Below are positions 1-11,839 of a stretch of 64,000 nucleotides of DNA, piece after piece; position 1 is the stretch's first letter; each line of letters opens with the position of its first letter. The notes beneath the pieces were generated by a model that was not told where the DNA came from, ran no database searches, and saw only the letters and a program-made list of their open reading frames with translations. Both the position numbers and the translations under genes were made by a program. This DNA comes from Octopus sinensis. Taxonomy: Eukaryota. The stretch spans positions 63,798,001-63,862,000 of the forward strand of contig NC_043000.1 of the NCBI RefSeq assembly GCF_006345805.1, written 5' to 3'.

Positions 1-238
1 TTTTTTTTATAAATGTTGCTTTTCAAGATTCACTTCAATGAAACTCTTTGGAATAACAAAAACATCGGGGAACTATGCAGGTTGAAGCTTTTGCTGTTTC
101 ATCCTTATATACCTTTATTTGTATTATGTACATTGAATCAACTGAAGATATATTATAGGTATTTACCATATTATTAATAAATATATATTCTTTACATATA
201 TCGATATGGTGTTCATCTTATGTCTTTAGAGTTCACAA

Positions 239-631
239 TCTCTCTATATATAAAGCTGAAGTTGTCTGCGTATGGCAGGTTTGGTAGCCTTCAACTAACA
301 CTATCTCCTCCGAGACCCTGCGGTGCAAGTTGACCAAAATTGAGAGTGTGATAGAAGAAGGCTTGCTCTTCCTTCTGTAGAAGAAAAACTTCAAATTGGA
401 CCATGTTAACACCAAAATTTATTTACATCAAAAGGTGCTTTTTTTCTATGAAAATCCCTTTTTTTTTTACGATTTTTTTATTGCTGTGTCGCCATTTTTC
501 AGTGTATTTCAACCAGAAAAATGTTCACTTAAAGAGAATAACAAGCTACATAATGTAAAATTTTTACTTTTCAAAAATTCCAATTCTAAAGGGTCGAAAC
601 AAACCTGAGCAATGCTGGGCGATATTTCTAG
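239..631 (+). mobile_element. Non-autonomous Helitron (~390 bp)
   Basis: Starts TC after an A (239-240) and ends CTAG (628-631) before a T, preceded by a degenerate GC-rich hairpin (CCTGAGCAATGCTGGG). A closely similar copy lies on the - strand at 20449-20802. Confidence 0.75.
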
Positions 632-737
632 TTAAGTAATAAAGCCAATTATCATGTTATTTACTTTATTTACAATTACAAATACTTCAGGTGTGTGAGT
701 GGTTGAAGTTGATTATATTTTAATATAATGTAACTTA

Positions 738-915
738 CATCATCATCATCATTTAATGTCTATTTTGCATTCTGTCATAGGTTGGACGTTTTAATAGGAG
801 CTGGCAAATCAGAGGACTGCATCAAGTTCTGATCTGACATGGTTTCTGCAACTAGATATCCTTCCTAATGTCAACCATTTTATAGAGTGTACTGGGTGCT
901 TTTTACTTGGGATCA
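738..915 (-). mobile_element. RTE-type 3' tail / short retroposon fragment
   Basis: (CAT)n followed by a degenerate reverse complement of the RTE 3' end seen at 11670-11839. Confidence 0.6.
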
Positions 916-2287
916 GCTTTAGTATCTTTCTTGCAAAATAAAACCCTCAACTGAAGTGGGGGGAGTTGTATTGAGGGAGGTGGCTTGATGTCAGGTGATG
1001 AGAGATTCAAGTATGATTGGATAGATGTCTTGTTGTAAGGGAGATCCATGGTTACCTCTTCTCACTGCTACTACTGTTGTTCGTCTGCCAAGTATATGGT
1101 TTTTAGCTTTGACAAATGTTTCTTTTCAATTTTCTTCTTTTGTCAGCTTCTGATAAGCATAATAACAGACATGCTTCATATCCTGTTGATTATAGGATTT
1201 CTGTAACAGTGTTCTGCCATTATGTCTTTCAAAGTTAATAATATCTGATTGTCACTGCTTCTCATAGAAATATTGTTGTTGGGATTTACTTTTTCATTCA
1301 TCCTTAATGTGCAAGCAGTACTAAGAATACTTACTTGGGATTCTTAGCCATAGTTTCATTGCTTGAAGAAACCTGGGAGACATCAGCTCTCTTGTGCCAT
1401 CTGATTGATTAAAGATGTCTGGTGATGTAACACAACAATCACATAGATCTCGTCATAGAATTTTTGTAGAATACAAAGATGGTCTCCCTTGGCTTTTCTT
1501 TAATGTTTTTTACAAGACATCATCATGTCAGCTATAGTTGATTTTAAAAACGTGAGAGAAAAGAAAGAAGAATTAGCCACAGTACATGACTAGTATTTTA
1601 TTTATCGACCCCTTGCCCCAAAGATAAAAAGCAAAGTTGGCTTTGGTGAGATTTGAACTCAGAGTGCAGAGAGCTCAAATAAATTCCGCACAGCATTGTA
1701 ACTAATACTGTAACAATTTTGCTTTGAGACCAGTGGCAGCACCCCCTATTTCCACTTGATATTTTCGATAACATTCAATATAATGAGTCCTTTTTTCTTT
1801 AATTCTTTCTTTATACTTGTACATTATATAATCTTTAAGCTTAAAGTCAGTAGCCATCCCCTAATTTATGAAATAAATACAAAAATCCTTGTATAGAACT
1901 GTGTGCTTCACGGTTCCTGCAATGTGGTGTTTGGCTTTTGTGTGCTTGCTCACATGTCCAAGATAGGAAGCTTCACACTAGGGAGAGAGAGCACTGTGTG
2001 AATAACAGTACCGGGTGAAAGATAGCGTTTCTTTTTGACTCCATGAGTGTGTGCTTAAAAACATTTATATTCTTGAATGTGATAGAGTGTAGAATTAGAT
2101 TATTATCCTGCTTCCAGCTTCAGTGTTGCTGCCAGGATATGAAAAACAGGGCACATTTTCCCACCCACTTATTTTGTGATTTAGGGGGAATTCATGACAG
2201 TGTTCAATGAACAAATTAAACACACTAACTGAAGTGGCTTTGACCTCTATATATATATGTATATGTATATTACTTCCAGGTACTCAT

Positions 2288-2760
2288 GATCATCATCATT
2301 TAGCATATGTTTTCCATGCTGGCATGGATACAATGGTTTGAATGTAGCTCCAGTCTGTTTTTGCTTGGTTTCTATGGCTGAAATCCTTTCCTAACACCAA
2401 CCACTCCACAGAGTGTACTGAGTGTCTTTGACATGTCACCAACACAGGTGCCTTTTATGTGTCACTGGTATGGGTGCCTTTTACACATCACCTGCACTGG
2501 TCACAACTATGATTTCACTTAGTTTGATGTATCTTCTCAAGTACAGAAAATTACCAAAAGTCTCAGTTACTTGTCATCACCTCCACGAAACTCAACATCT
2601 GAAAACCATATCTCACTACCTCATCCCAAGTCCTTCTGAGTCTGCCTTTCTGCAGGAAACCTCCACAGTTAGAGATTGGCACTTCTTTACACAGCTTTCC
2701 TCATTCATATACACCACATGACCATACCAGCACAGTCTTCTCTCTTGCACACTACATCTG
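2288..2760 (-). mobile_element. Degenerate RTE 3' fragment
   Basis: (CAT)n tail, TTTTCCATGCTGGCATGG motif and GCCTTTTA(C/T)(A/G)T repeats, similar to the RTE copy at 23709-25865. Confidence 0.6.
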
Positions 2761-5175
2761 ATGCCTCATACCCAATTTTTTTCTCAAGGTGCTTACACAC
2801 TGTTGTACATGCATACTAACATTGCACATCTAGCAGAGCATACTAGCTTCATTTATTTCAAACATTCTCTTTATTAAAAACAAGGAAGATTGCATTCAGT
2901 TAAGTACTCAATACAGAGTTAATCTTTCTACAATTGCAAATCAAAGACAGAGATATAGTCTATAAATAAATGATAATATGTGTGTGTGTGTGCGTGTGTG
3001 ACAAGATGATCGAATACATATATATATGTAATATTATAGGTATATGTGTGTTTACACTAGTCTAAATCCAGAGTTGTATCAAAGATTTAGCAATTTAATA
3101 ATTATGGAGCAATGTAATATGTACCAGACTTATTATCTGCAATCCAAAATAAGTCTTGAGATTGCATGAGTATTTGCTTTTAGATTAACATAATAGATCT
3201 TCTCTCTTTTAAAAATGAATGTCTTACAACAAATAACTCAAATCATCAAGTTTGATTTCTTACTTTTCTTCGTGATAACAATTTGTCATTATTGTTTTAA
3301 AGAAGAAAAGTTTGCATCATGATCGTTTTCCAAGACCTTCATGACTCAATGGAAGGGAGTCATCCTCAGACCAGAGACTTGGCCCAAATGTCTGCAATAA
3401 TAAGGGCATCCAAGTAGGCCATGTGATAGTAGTTAAGGGCAAGTGATTACATTCTGACAGTAAAGTTAATGACCCATTGATGAACTCTATGGATTATGAA
3501 ATGTACTGAAGAAAATATGGTCGTTACTGCATCAGTATTACATTTCACTATTTTGATTCAGTTCATTTGCATTACTGAGAAGTGGAATAAATTTGATTAA
3601 ATTATCATCATGAACAACATTATAATTGCTAATTAACAGCCATTTTCCATGCTGGCATGGGTTGGCCAGTTCAAAGGGACTGGCAACCCACAGGACTGTG
3701 CCAGACTCCCGTGTCTGCTTTGGCATGGCTTCCACAAATTGATCCCCTTCCTAATACCAACCACTTTACAGTGTGTATTGGGCGATTTTTTTTTTTTTTT
3801 GTGATACTGGCAGTAGTGAGGTCAACCAAGTAACTTGCAAGACTAGGCCCCTCAAATGATGGGTGGTGGGCAGAGTAGTATTGTGTATGTGTTTCAATAC
3901 TGATATTATGTTTTATTATTATTATTATTTCAGGTGGATGTTAGAAGTTTCAGTCAACCTTTAAGATTCTGTTGTATATTTCTTTGAATTTTTGTTCTAG
4001 ACAGAATATGAAAATAGATAAAACTAAGACAACAGTATATTGAGTTAAGATATAAATGCAACTTAAACCTTAATGGTTTTCAACAAGAAATACTTCCATG
4101 TAACAGAAGTATTCAATGGTTAAAATAACTTCAGATAAACCCACAATAATAACTCCCAATAATAAATGCAGAGGAACTGCAACTATCCGGTTTTGACTTG
4201 AGTTCACCTTCCTCACCTATATAGGCAGCTATTACTACCTACAAATACAAATGAGCCAATGAAATAACTTCTATGAAATCACTCTACCTTCTAGACATAA
4301 CAGCAACATCTCCCTTAAATTACATCCTGCCATCTTAAAGAGCAAATGGCATGGACTGAGTATTTATAAATGCTAGCAGCACCCATGAAAGTTCATGATT
4401 ATTTTGAAAACTGCAACGGTTGGAAGTTTATAAAAAATGATATTCTTTTTTGTTTTTTTAGTTTTTCTTTTTTCTTTTTTGAAACATATGATTCTTTTGA
4501 TGGTATAATAGTTCACATAGTATTTTGAATGTGCAGTCTTAAGAGACATCTTTGAAAGCTTGTTATACATTTGTCACCTTTTCTATCTTGAAAATTGTTA
4601 TCTATTATTTTTCACTCTAAGTCAAGAAGGAAACTATCTTAACTATGGAACAAAATGGAAGATATAATATAGCTGTAATACTATTCTGCTATTGTATGTC
4701 TACCCTGGTAAAATTTTACCAAATCTTAATATACTATATTCTATCTTCAGAGAAAACTTCATATAGCTAGACTTGAACACAGTTTCACTAAATCCCACTG
4801 AATTAAGGATAGTAGCTCCCACTACTGAGCTACAGCTCTAAAAAAAATTAACAAGTAATAATAATATTAATAAAGCCATTTAAAATTTTGGTGCTGGCAT
4901 GGCAGTATAGTTTAAAAAAAGTTTGTTTCATAGCTATGTGATTCTGGGTTGAGTATCACTGTGTATGTGTACAACTTAAATGTAAAGCTTTTATATTTTA
5001 TACTGCATTTGTAACACCATATTAATTTGATAAGCTAAATTTGTCTGGTGAAGTGGGTATATAAATGTTATGGACCGCTCGATTGAATGATATATTACTT
5101 TATTCATTTGGGTCTAAGAAAATATTCCATTAATGGAATAGCTAATGAGTAAGCAGTTACGTCCCTTGAATCACG

Positions 5176-5189
5176 GTTTCCCTGGAAAC
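5176..5189. promoter_or_regulatory. Candidate RFX X-box (GTTTCCCTGGAAAC)
   Basis: Near-palindromic 14-mer matching the RFX consensus GTTNCCATGGNAAC at all but one central base. It sits in a locally CpG-enriched, apparently non-repeat segment (~5060-5480). Confidence 0.5.
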
Positions 5190-5377
5190 AAACTGACAAC
5201 CACTTTACCGTTAATTATTTTCTTTGAAATGTGAAATACGTCTTTTTAGTTCCTTAACGTAGTGACTCTTCTATTTCTTCTTTTTTATATACACATCTTT
5301 AACATCTGTTCTGTTAGAACACTATATCACTTTGTTACAAGAGAAAGGAAACGAGGACAGTAACTAAACTTTAAAAC
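5190..5377 (+). other. Candidate non-coding first exon of the 417-aa gene (start approximate)
   Basis: Lies downstream of the X-box and ends at a good donor, AAC|GTATGT (5378). The first coding exon starts at an acceptor (AG 14046-14047) 60 nt before the ATG, so an upstream exon is implied. The link between the two is inference. Confidence 0.35.
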
Positions 5378-6134
5378 GTATGTATGGACGGATGTTCTGA
5401 AAGAGCACTTTTTAACATCAAATCTTTTAAGTTATAAGTTAAGTCTCTTCTGTGAACGTGGTTTAAATATATAGGGAAAGCAACAATTCTCATTAGAAAA
5501 ACAAGATTAGAATTTTCTTTGGTCTATTGCAAATATATAGTGTTTAGTGTATGGAACATTCTGTTTGAGAAAAGATTTACTTGAAAGAGAAACTATTAAA
5601 GCAACGCCTCCAAGTTACCATTTAACTAAAGTTAATGGGAATAACTTCTATCAGCGAATGAACTCTACAAAATGAATTTCTGATAATTTCTAAGCCCACC
5701 ACCACTCAGTCACTCACTAAGTATAATTTTCGCACAATATTATGACTAGGTTTTTCTGCTTGTTAAACAACGCAGTCAAGTTTAAGGCATAGTTTTCGTT
5801 GAGTTTTCAAGACAAATATTTGGGTGTTCAACAAAAATTTTAATTCCATTGTTTATTGAACTTTTTCCTTCATTTAGTCTCTTCATATCTTAAGACTCAT
5901 CATTGTCATCTTCAGGGCCGGATTTAAGCCAATTATGCAAATTTGTTTAAATTGTACCTCGCACCAAAACAGGGCCCCGCGCACATACTCGAGCTAGGAA
6001 GTACGGGACCCGTTTAGAGAATTGTCAATGGGTCCCTCTATTTTACAAAAGCTGAAGATTGATGTTTTATGCTTCGTGTAGTACGCCAGTCCCAGCCAAA
6101 AAGCGTTGAGGGCCTCAGGACCCACCATTAGCTA

Positions 6135-7762
6135 CTGTTGCGGCCAAAATGTTCAGAATGGCATTGTTTTCGTCAGAAAAGTAGGTATAATTTTTTATCA
6201 AAGTTGTTTTATATTCTATAATTTTCACAGACAATAAATACGATATTATTTGTTATTGTCTGAGATTTTGGTGTAATTTGAGAGGATAATACAAAAGTTA
6301 TGGATAATTTAGTGATTTACTGCAAAACCCATGGCGGCCAAAATGATCAGAACGGTTGCTTTTACTCCGTGTTTTAGTATATTTAACCGGCGAGCTCTAA
6401 TGTTTTGAATTTGTTTATGTGACGGTTGGTTTACTTAACATTAGTAAGAATATCTGCAGTGTACTTTGTTAATATAATGCCACTTACTCCGTTACCAATT
6501 CGTCAGCTGATTATTAAGCTTCGAAAGAAGGATAATTTAAGTATTGGGTCTATTGCAAAGATTGTTAACAAGTCAAAAAATGTTGTTCACAGTATTCTTA
6601 AGGTCTACGATGATTGTGGTTCGTGTGAAGCAAGAAAGTCTACAGGTAGGCCAAGAAAAACGACCAAGAGAGAAGATCGTGCTATGGTAAATTTGGTTAA
6701 AAAGGACAGATTCAAAACTGCTGCTGCTGTTTCTCGGGAAATGAGCATTGTACTGAAGAAAACTTTATCTCGAAAAACTGTGTCTCGTCGTTTAGTTGAA
6801 TATGACCTACAAGCAAGAGCACCTGCAGTGAAGCCACTGATCAGCTCCAAGAATAAAAAGTGTTGTCTTACCTTTGTAACCGAACATGTGTTGTGGTCTC
6901 AAGAAAAATGGCAAACGGTGCATTTCAGTGATGAATCTAAGTTTATGTTATTTGGCTCAGATGGGAAAAGGTACGTTCGTCGAAAAATAGGTAAAAGATT
7001 GTCGCCTAAATGCCTTAAGACTAGTGTTAAATTCGGTGGAGGAAGTGTCATGATTTGGGGATGATATCTGGAGATGGTGTGGGCCCTTTGGTGTGATAAC
7101 ATGGAAAGGTAAATGCGGGAGTTTATAAACAACTTGTAAAAGATCATGTCTTGCCTGTGCTCAGAAATTCAACTAAGCGACCACCCATATTCATGCAGGA
7201 CAATGCCCCATGTCACAAGGCTAAGGTGGTCATGAACTTCCTCAAGGCTGAAAAGGTTATTGTTATGGATTGGTCTGCTCAAAGCCGAGATCTCAATCCT
7301 ATTAAAAATGTGTGGAATATTCTAGGAGAATGTTCGAAAGCCAGAAATCCTAAAACAACCAAGCAATTATGGAATGCTCTTCAGGAAGAATGGAATAAGA
7401 TCACCCAGCAAGAAATTGAAAATTTAATTTCCTCATGCAGTCAAAGATGTCAAAGTGTGATTGAAGCTAAAGGGCTTCACACTAAATATTAAATAATTAC
7501 AGTATTCTCTGTCATTTTTGATTATTTTGTTATTTTTTCAACTGTTCTGATCATTTTGGCCACCCTGGGTTTTGCAGTAAATCACTAAATCATCCATAAC
7601 TCTTGTATTATCCTCTCAAATTACACCAAAATCTCAGGCAATAACAAATAATATCGTATTTATTGTCTGTGAAAATTATAGACTATAAAACAACTTTGAT
7701 AAAAAATTATACCTACTTTTCTGACGAAAACAATGCCGTTCTGAACATTTTGGCTGCAACTG
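6135..7762 (+). mobile_element. Full-length Tc1 (DD34E) transposon, IR/DR type, inactive
   Basis: TA at 6133-6134 and 7763-7764. Inverted repeats of ~220 bp (6135-6352 and 7543-7762), each with GGCCAAAATG(T/A)TCAGAA direct repeats at both ends. Transposase lies between them. Confidence 0.95.
6477..7492 (+). pseudogene. Tc1 transposase, frameshifted
   Basis: HTH region with GRPRKT, FSDESKF (D1), GGGSVMIWG, QDNAPCH (D2) and SRDLNPIKN (catalytic E replaced by K at spacing 34). Frameshift at ~7060 and stops at ~7093-7098. Confidence 0.9.
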
Positions 7763-7811
7763 TATAATGATATAATAAAAATTAGGTGGAACTGGAGGAC
7801 AATCACCTCCC

Positions 7812-7827
7812 CACACAAACACACGCG

Positions 7828-7859
<32 letters not shown>

Positions 7860-7860
7860 C
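7812..7860. repeat. (CA)n microsatellite
   Basis: Direct reading. Confidence 0.95.
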
Positions 7861-9029
7861 TGGTCGTCTTCATCATTTTGCTGCTGCCTTGATTTTCAGT
7901 GCTGACATAAATGAACAGATCTGCTGTAAAACATTTCTTATGGATGACGTTGATGCTTGAACTCCCTTTTTAACTGAATTATCTACTACATTATTCCTAG
8001 TATTGTTTACAAATCCTTTCATTGTTGCTTTCCAAAAAATCAAATAAGTTTTCATCGAAAAGGCACTTTACCAGTGCAACCATTTCTCTTATGTAAATAC
8101 ATTGATATTTTAAGTAACTTTCTCAATTCTTTTGCTTCAAACATGTCTCTTGAGTTGCCCTGGTACATCCTTCTGTACTTAACTAATTCCTGACCTACTG
8201 TGACAGATCATTTGACTTCATATTCACAGTTCATCTTTCACTGTTAATTTACATCATAAGAGTTTAGTTATTTTCTTAAGTAGATAATTTCCCAGTTAAT
8301 TTCTCTTCATACAACCAACATCTAAACTTTAAACTAAAACTAGTCCCTGTTATCTTAAAATGCTAACATGATTTTAATCCATGTCATGTTGACTAACAAC
8401 TAATTTTCTAACTGAAAAGTTATATATATAATTAAGTTGAAAGGAGACAGAACAATCAACTGAGAGCCAAATTGTTCACATATTAGGAGTGTTATGGTGT
8501 ATGTATTGCGTTTCAGTCATCCACATTCACTGGCCCAATTCGCTGTTGTTGAGCAATTTCAGGTTAACTCTGATCTAGGTCAACTCTGATCTAGTAAATT
8601 CATGATAAAAAGCTTCTCAGTCATGACTATCCTTATCTTATTTTCAGACATCTAAAACTCACTATCCAATGTGTTCCTTTCATTATAAAATTGTAAAGTA
8701 TGATTTGACAGAGAATTTGGTTTTTATTTCTAACATGGCGAATGACCACCTAAAGGCTTCTTTATTGGCTTGTATAATTTATTGTTGTTATTTAGTCCCC
8801 AAATAAACCCTGATCAAGCAACCGTAAGATCAAAAGCTCTCCAACCATGAAATCTAGGAACATAGAATTACGATATATCCTTTTGTAGACAGTTGGGTTG
8901 TGATTTGTGGGAGGTTTGTCTTTTATTTCTAGCAGGTGGAGCCGCTACGAAGAGACTTTTGTTGACTCACATTATCCAACAGTAATACTGATATTTGATT
9001 GATATTTCATTGGCCTCAATGCTAAATTC

Positions 9030-9885
9030 GGATCTTTTCGGTTTGAACGGCACTTTTCAACACAATTTCTAGTTAACTAAACACTTTTAAACTTTGTATA
9101 CTGATAGAATGTGTTTATAAAACATCATTTTTTCTTGGCTTTATTGATAAAATTCTCTATGTTGTAACATATTTCGTCTTTAATTTCGAGCATTTTGGCA
9201 ATTTTAACCAATCGCTGGATTCCATTTAGGTAAATAACATTCTGTGCATAATGAATATGTCCCTCCTTTAAGAAACAGATTGGGTTTATTTACATTTGTG
9301 AAGAAAAAAAGATACCCTTCCCCAACCCCTAACCCTAACCCTAAATCTAAAATAGATTGAAATGCAATAGATCGATACAAGGGCCATAATTATGGGTGAT
9401 AATTTCATACAACACCGCTACGGAAAATGGGATTTTTTTCTAGCGGTGTCAAATGAAGAGAGGTGCGTGGGATCTTTTCGGTTTGAACGGCAGTTTTTTC
9501 TAGCGGTGTCATATGAAATTGTCACCCATAATTATGGCCCTAGTATCGATCTATTGCATTTCAATCTATTTTAGATTTAGGGTTAGGGGTTGGGGAAGGG
9601 TATCTTTTTTTCTTCACAAATGTAAATAAACCCAATCTGTTTCTTAAAGGAGGGACATATTCATTAAGCACAGAATGTTATTTACCTAAATGGATTCCAG
9701 CGATTGGTTAAAATTGTCAAAATACTCGAAATTAAAGACGAAATATCTTACAACCTATAGAATTTTCTCAATAAAGCCAAGAAAAAATGATGTTTTATAA
9801 ACACATTCTATCAGTATACGAAGTTTAAAAGTGTTTAGTTAACTATAAATTATGTTACAAAGTGCCATTCAAAAGGAAAAGATCC
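9030..9885. mobile_element. 856-bp foldback DNA element with 8-bp TSD
   Basis: Ends GGATCTTTTC...GAAAAGATCC with exact TSD CTAAATTC (9022-9029, 9886-9893). Arms of ~400 bp (9030-9426 and 9494-9885) are near reverse complements and contain short CCCTAA/TTAGGG runs. Superfamily (Merlin, MULE or other) not established. Confidence 0.9.
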
Positions 9886-10253
9886 CTAAATTCAGTTAAT
9901 CTTGTAGAAAAAGCTGTCTATATGACAAACCAGTGTCGTATCCAAACGCGTTTTCATATCGCATGTGTTTGATGTGAAAGAACCCAAGTTTGAGCAGAGC
10001 TCAACAAGTCTCAGGAACGATTAGTTTACTTTCAGTGAGAAAAGAAATGTCAAATATATTGCAGTGAATATTATAACTTTTATTTATCAAGACAACATTA
10101 TATTGAGGCGACGTTGATATTTGTCGAACCAATGCATAAATCAACTGAAGGCAAGGGTAACAACTCAAAGTTTGTTTTTAACGTAATGATTCACCCAAGT
10201 CAGAGTTAAAATTACATATAGGTATTGTGTAGATGGGAAGAATAATCTAAGAT

Positions 10254-11839
10254 AAACCAAAGTCCTAATAAGTAGGAAGGTAGACCAATCACAAACGCCT
10301 TCAGGTAGATGGCCCTGCTCGATCTGTAGAAAAGGTGTAGGTAGAAACTCTATAAAATGCACCAAGTGTAAGCTATGGACACATAAGAGGTGCAGCAATG
10401 TCAAAGGAAGGCTAACTAGGAAGATGGTTTTTGTATGTGACAGATGCTCAGGAACAATTAACACTGAAGATGCTCTGAGACCAACTTCCGTCACTTTCCA
10501 GGGAGAAAAGCTAGAAGTAGTTGATAGTTTCCGTTACCTAGGTGACCAAGTCAGTAGCGGGGGCGGGTGTGCTGAGAGTATAACTGCTAGAGTAAGAATA
10601 GCCTGGGCAAAGTTTAGAGAGCTCTTACCTCTGCTGGTGACAAAAGGCCTCTCGCTCAAAGTAAAAGGCAGACTGTATGATGCATGTGTACGTACAGCCA
10701 TGCTACATGGTAGTGAAACTTGGGCTGTGACTGCTGAGGATTTGCGTAAGCTCGCAAGAAATGAAGCTAGTATGCTCCGATGGATGTGTAACGTCAGTGT
10801 TCATAATCGACAGAGTGTAAGTACCTTGAGAGAAAAGTTGAACCTAAGAAGTATCAGTTGTTGTGTGCAAGAGAGACGTATGCGCTGGTATGGTCATGTG
10901 ATGAGAATGGCTGAAGATAGTTGTGTGCGAAAGTGCCACACCCTGGCAGTTGACGGACCTGTGGAAGAGGTAGACCCAGGAAAACCTGGGTCAAGCAGTG
11001 AAGCACGACCTTCGAACTTTAGGTCTCACCAAGGAAATGACCAGTGACCGAGACCTTTGGAGGTATGCTGTGCGTGAGAAAACCCGGCAAGACCAGTGAG
11101 AACAGTCAAAATCAAGATCAAACCAAATTGAGGTCGATCAACATCAGGGCCCCCGTGCAGGTGACACGTAAAAGTACCATCCGTTCGTAGCCGTTCGCCA
11201 GCCCTGTCTGGCCCCCATGCCGGTGACACGTAAAAGCACCATCCGTTCGTGGCCGTTTGCCAGCCCTGTCTGGCCCCCATGTCGGTGACATGTAAAAGCA
11301 CCATCCGTTCGTGTCCGTTGCCAACCTCGCCTGGCCCCCGTGCCGGTGACACGTAAAAGCACCATCCGTTCGTGGCCGTTTGCCAGCCCTGTCTGGCCCC
11401 CATGTCGGTGGCATGTAAAAGCACCATCCGTTCGTGCCCGTTGCCAGCCTCGCCTGGCCCCCGTGCCGGTGACACGTAAAAGCACCATCCGTTTCGTGGC
11501 CGTTTGCCAGCTCTGTCTGGCCCCCGTGTTGGTGGCACGTAAAAGCACCATCCGTTCGTGTCCGTTGCCAGCCTCGCCTGGCCCCGTGCCGGTGACATGT
11601 AAAAGCACCATCCGTTCATGGCCGTTTGCCAGCTCTGTCTGGCACCTGTGCAGGTGGCACGTAAAAAGCACCCACTACACTCACGGAGTGGTTGGCGTTA
11701 GGAAGGGCATCCAGCCGTAGAAACACTGCCAGATCTGACTGGGCCTGATGAAGCCTTCCAGCTTCACAGACCCCAGTTGAACCGTCCAACCCATGCTAGC
11801 ATGGAGAACGGACGCTAAATGATGATGATGATGATGATG
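10254..11839 (+). mobile_element. 5'-truncated RTE-clade LINE
   Basis: RT C-terminal peptide (VDSFRYLGD, AMLHGSETW, RWYGHVMRM) in ORF 10424-11047, then a 3' UTR minisatellite, conserved 3' end and (GAT)n tail. Confidence 0.9.
11150..11670 (+). repeat. GC-rich minisatellite, 8 units of ~60-62 bp, in the RTE 3' UTR
   Basis: Units anchored on TAAAAGCACCATCCGTT, with two variants in the order A-A-B-A-B-A-B-A. Confidence 0.95.

Larger units (their letters stand above)
5913..7862. mobile_element. Non-autonomous hAT-like element carrying a nested Tc1
   Basis: Begins CAGGGCCGGATTTAAG and ends ...CACTG. Flanked by 8-bp near-direct repeats GTCATCTT (5905-5912) and GTCGTCTT (7863-7870), the TSD length typical of hAT. 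The right TIR is degenerate and mostly (CA)n. Confidence 0.55.

Noticed and set aside
9320-9600. CCCTAA/TTAGGG runs as telomeric or interstitial telomere sequence
   Set aside because: Only 2-3 units, placed symmetrically inside the arms of the foldback element.
11150-11670. CRISPR-like appearance of the ~60-bp periodic array
   Set aside because: Whole units repeat with no unique spacers, there are no cas genes, and the array is the 3' UTR of an RTE LINE in eukaryotic DNA.
11026-11720. Long repetitive ORFs (197, 175, 126 and 98 aa) over the array
   Set aside because: By-products of a GC-rich, stop-poor tandem repeat, open in several frames on both strands.
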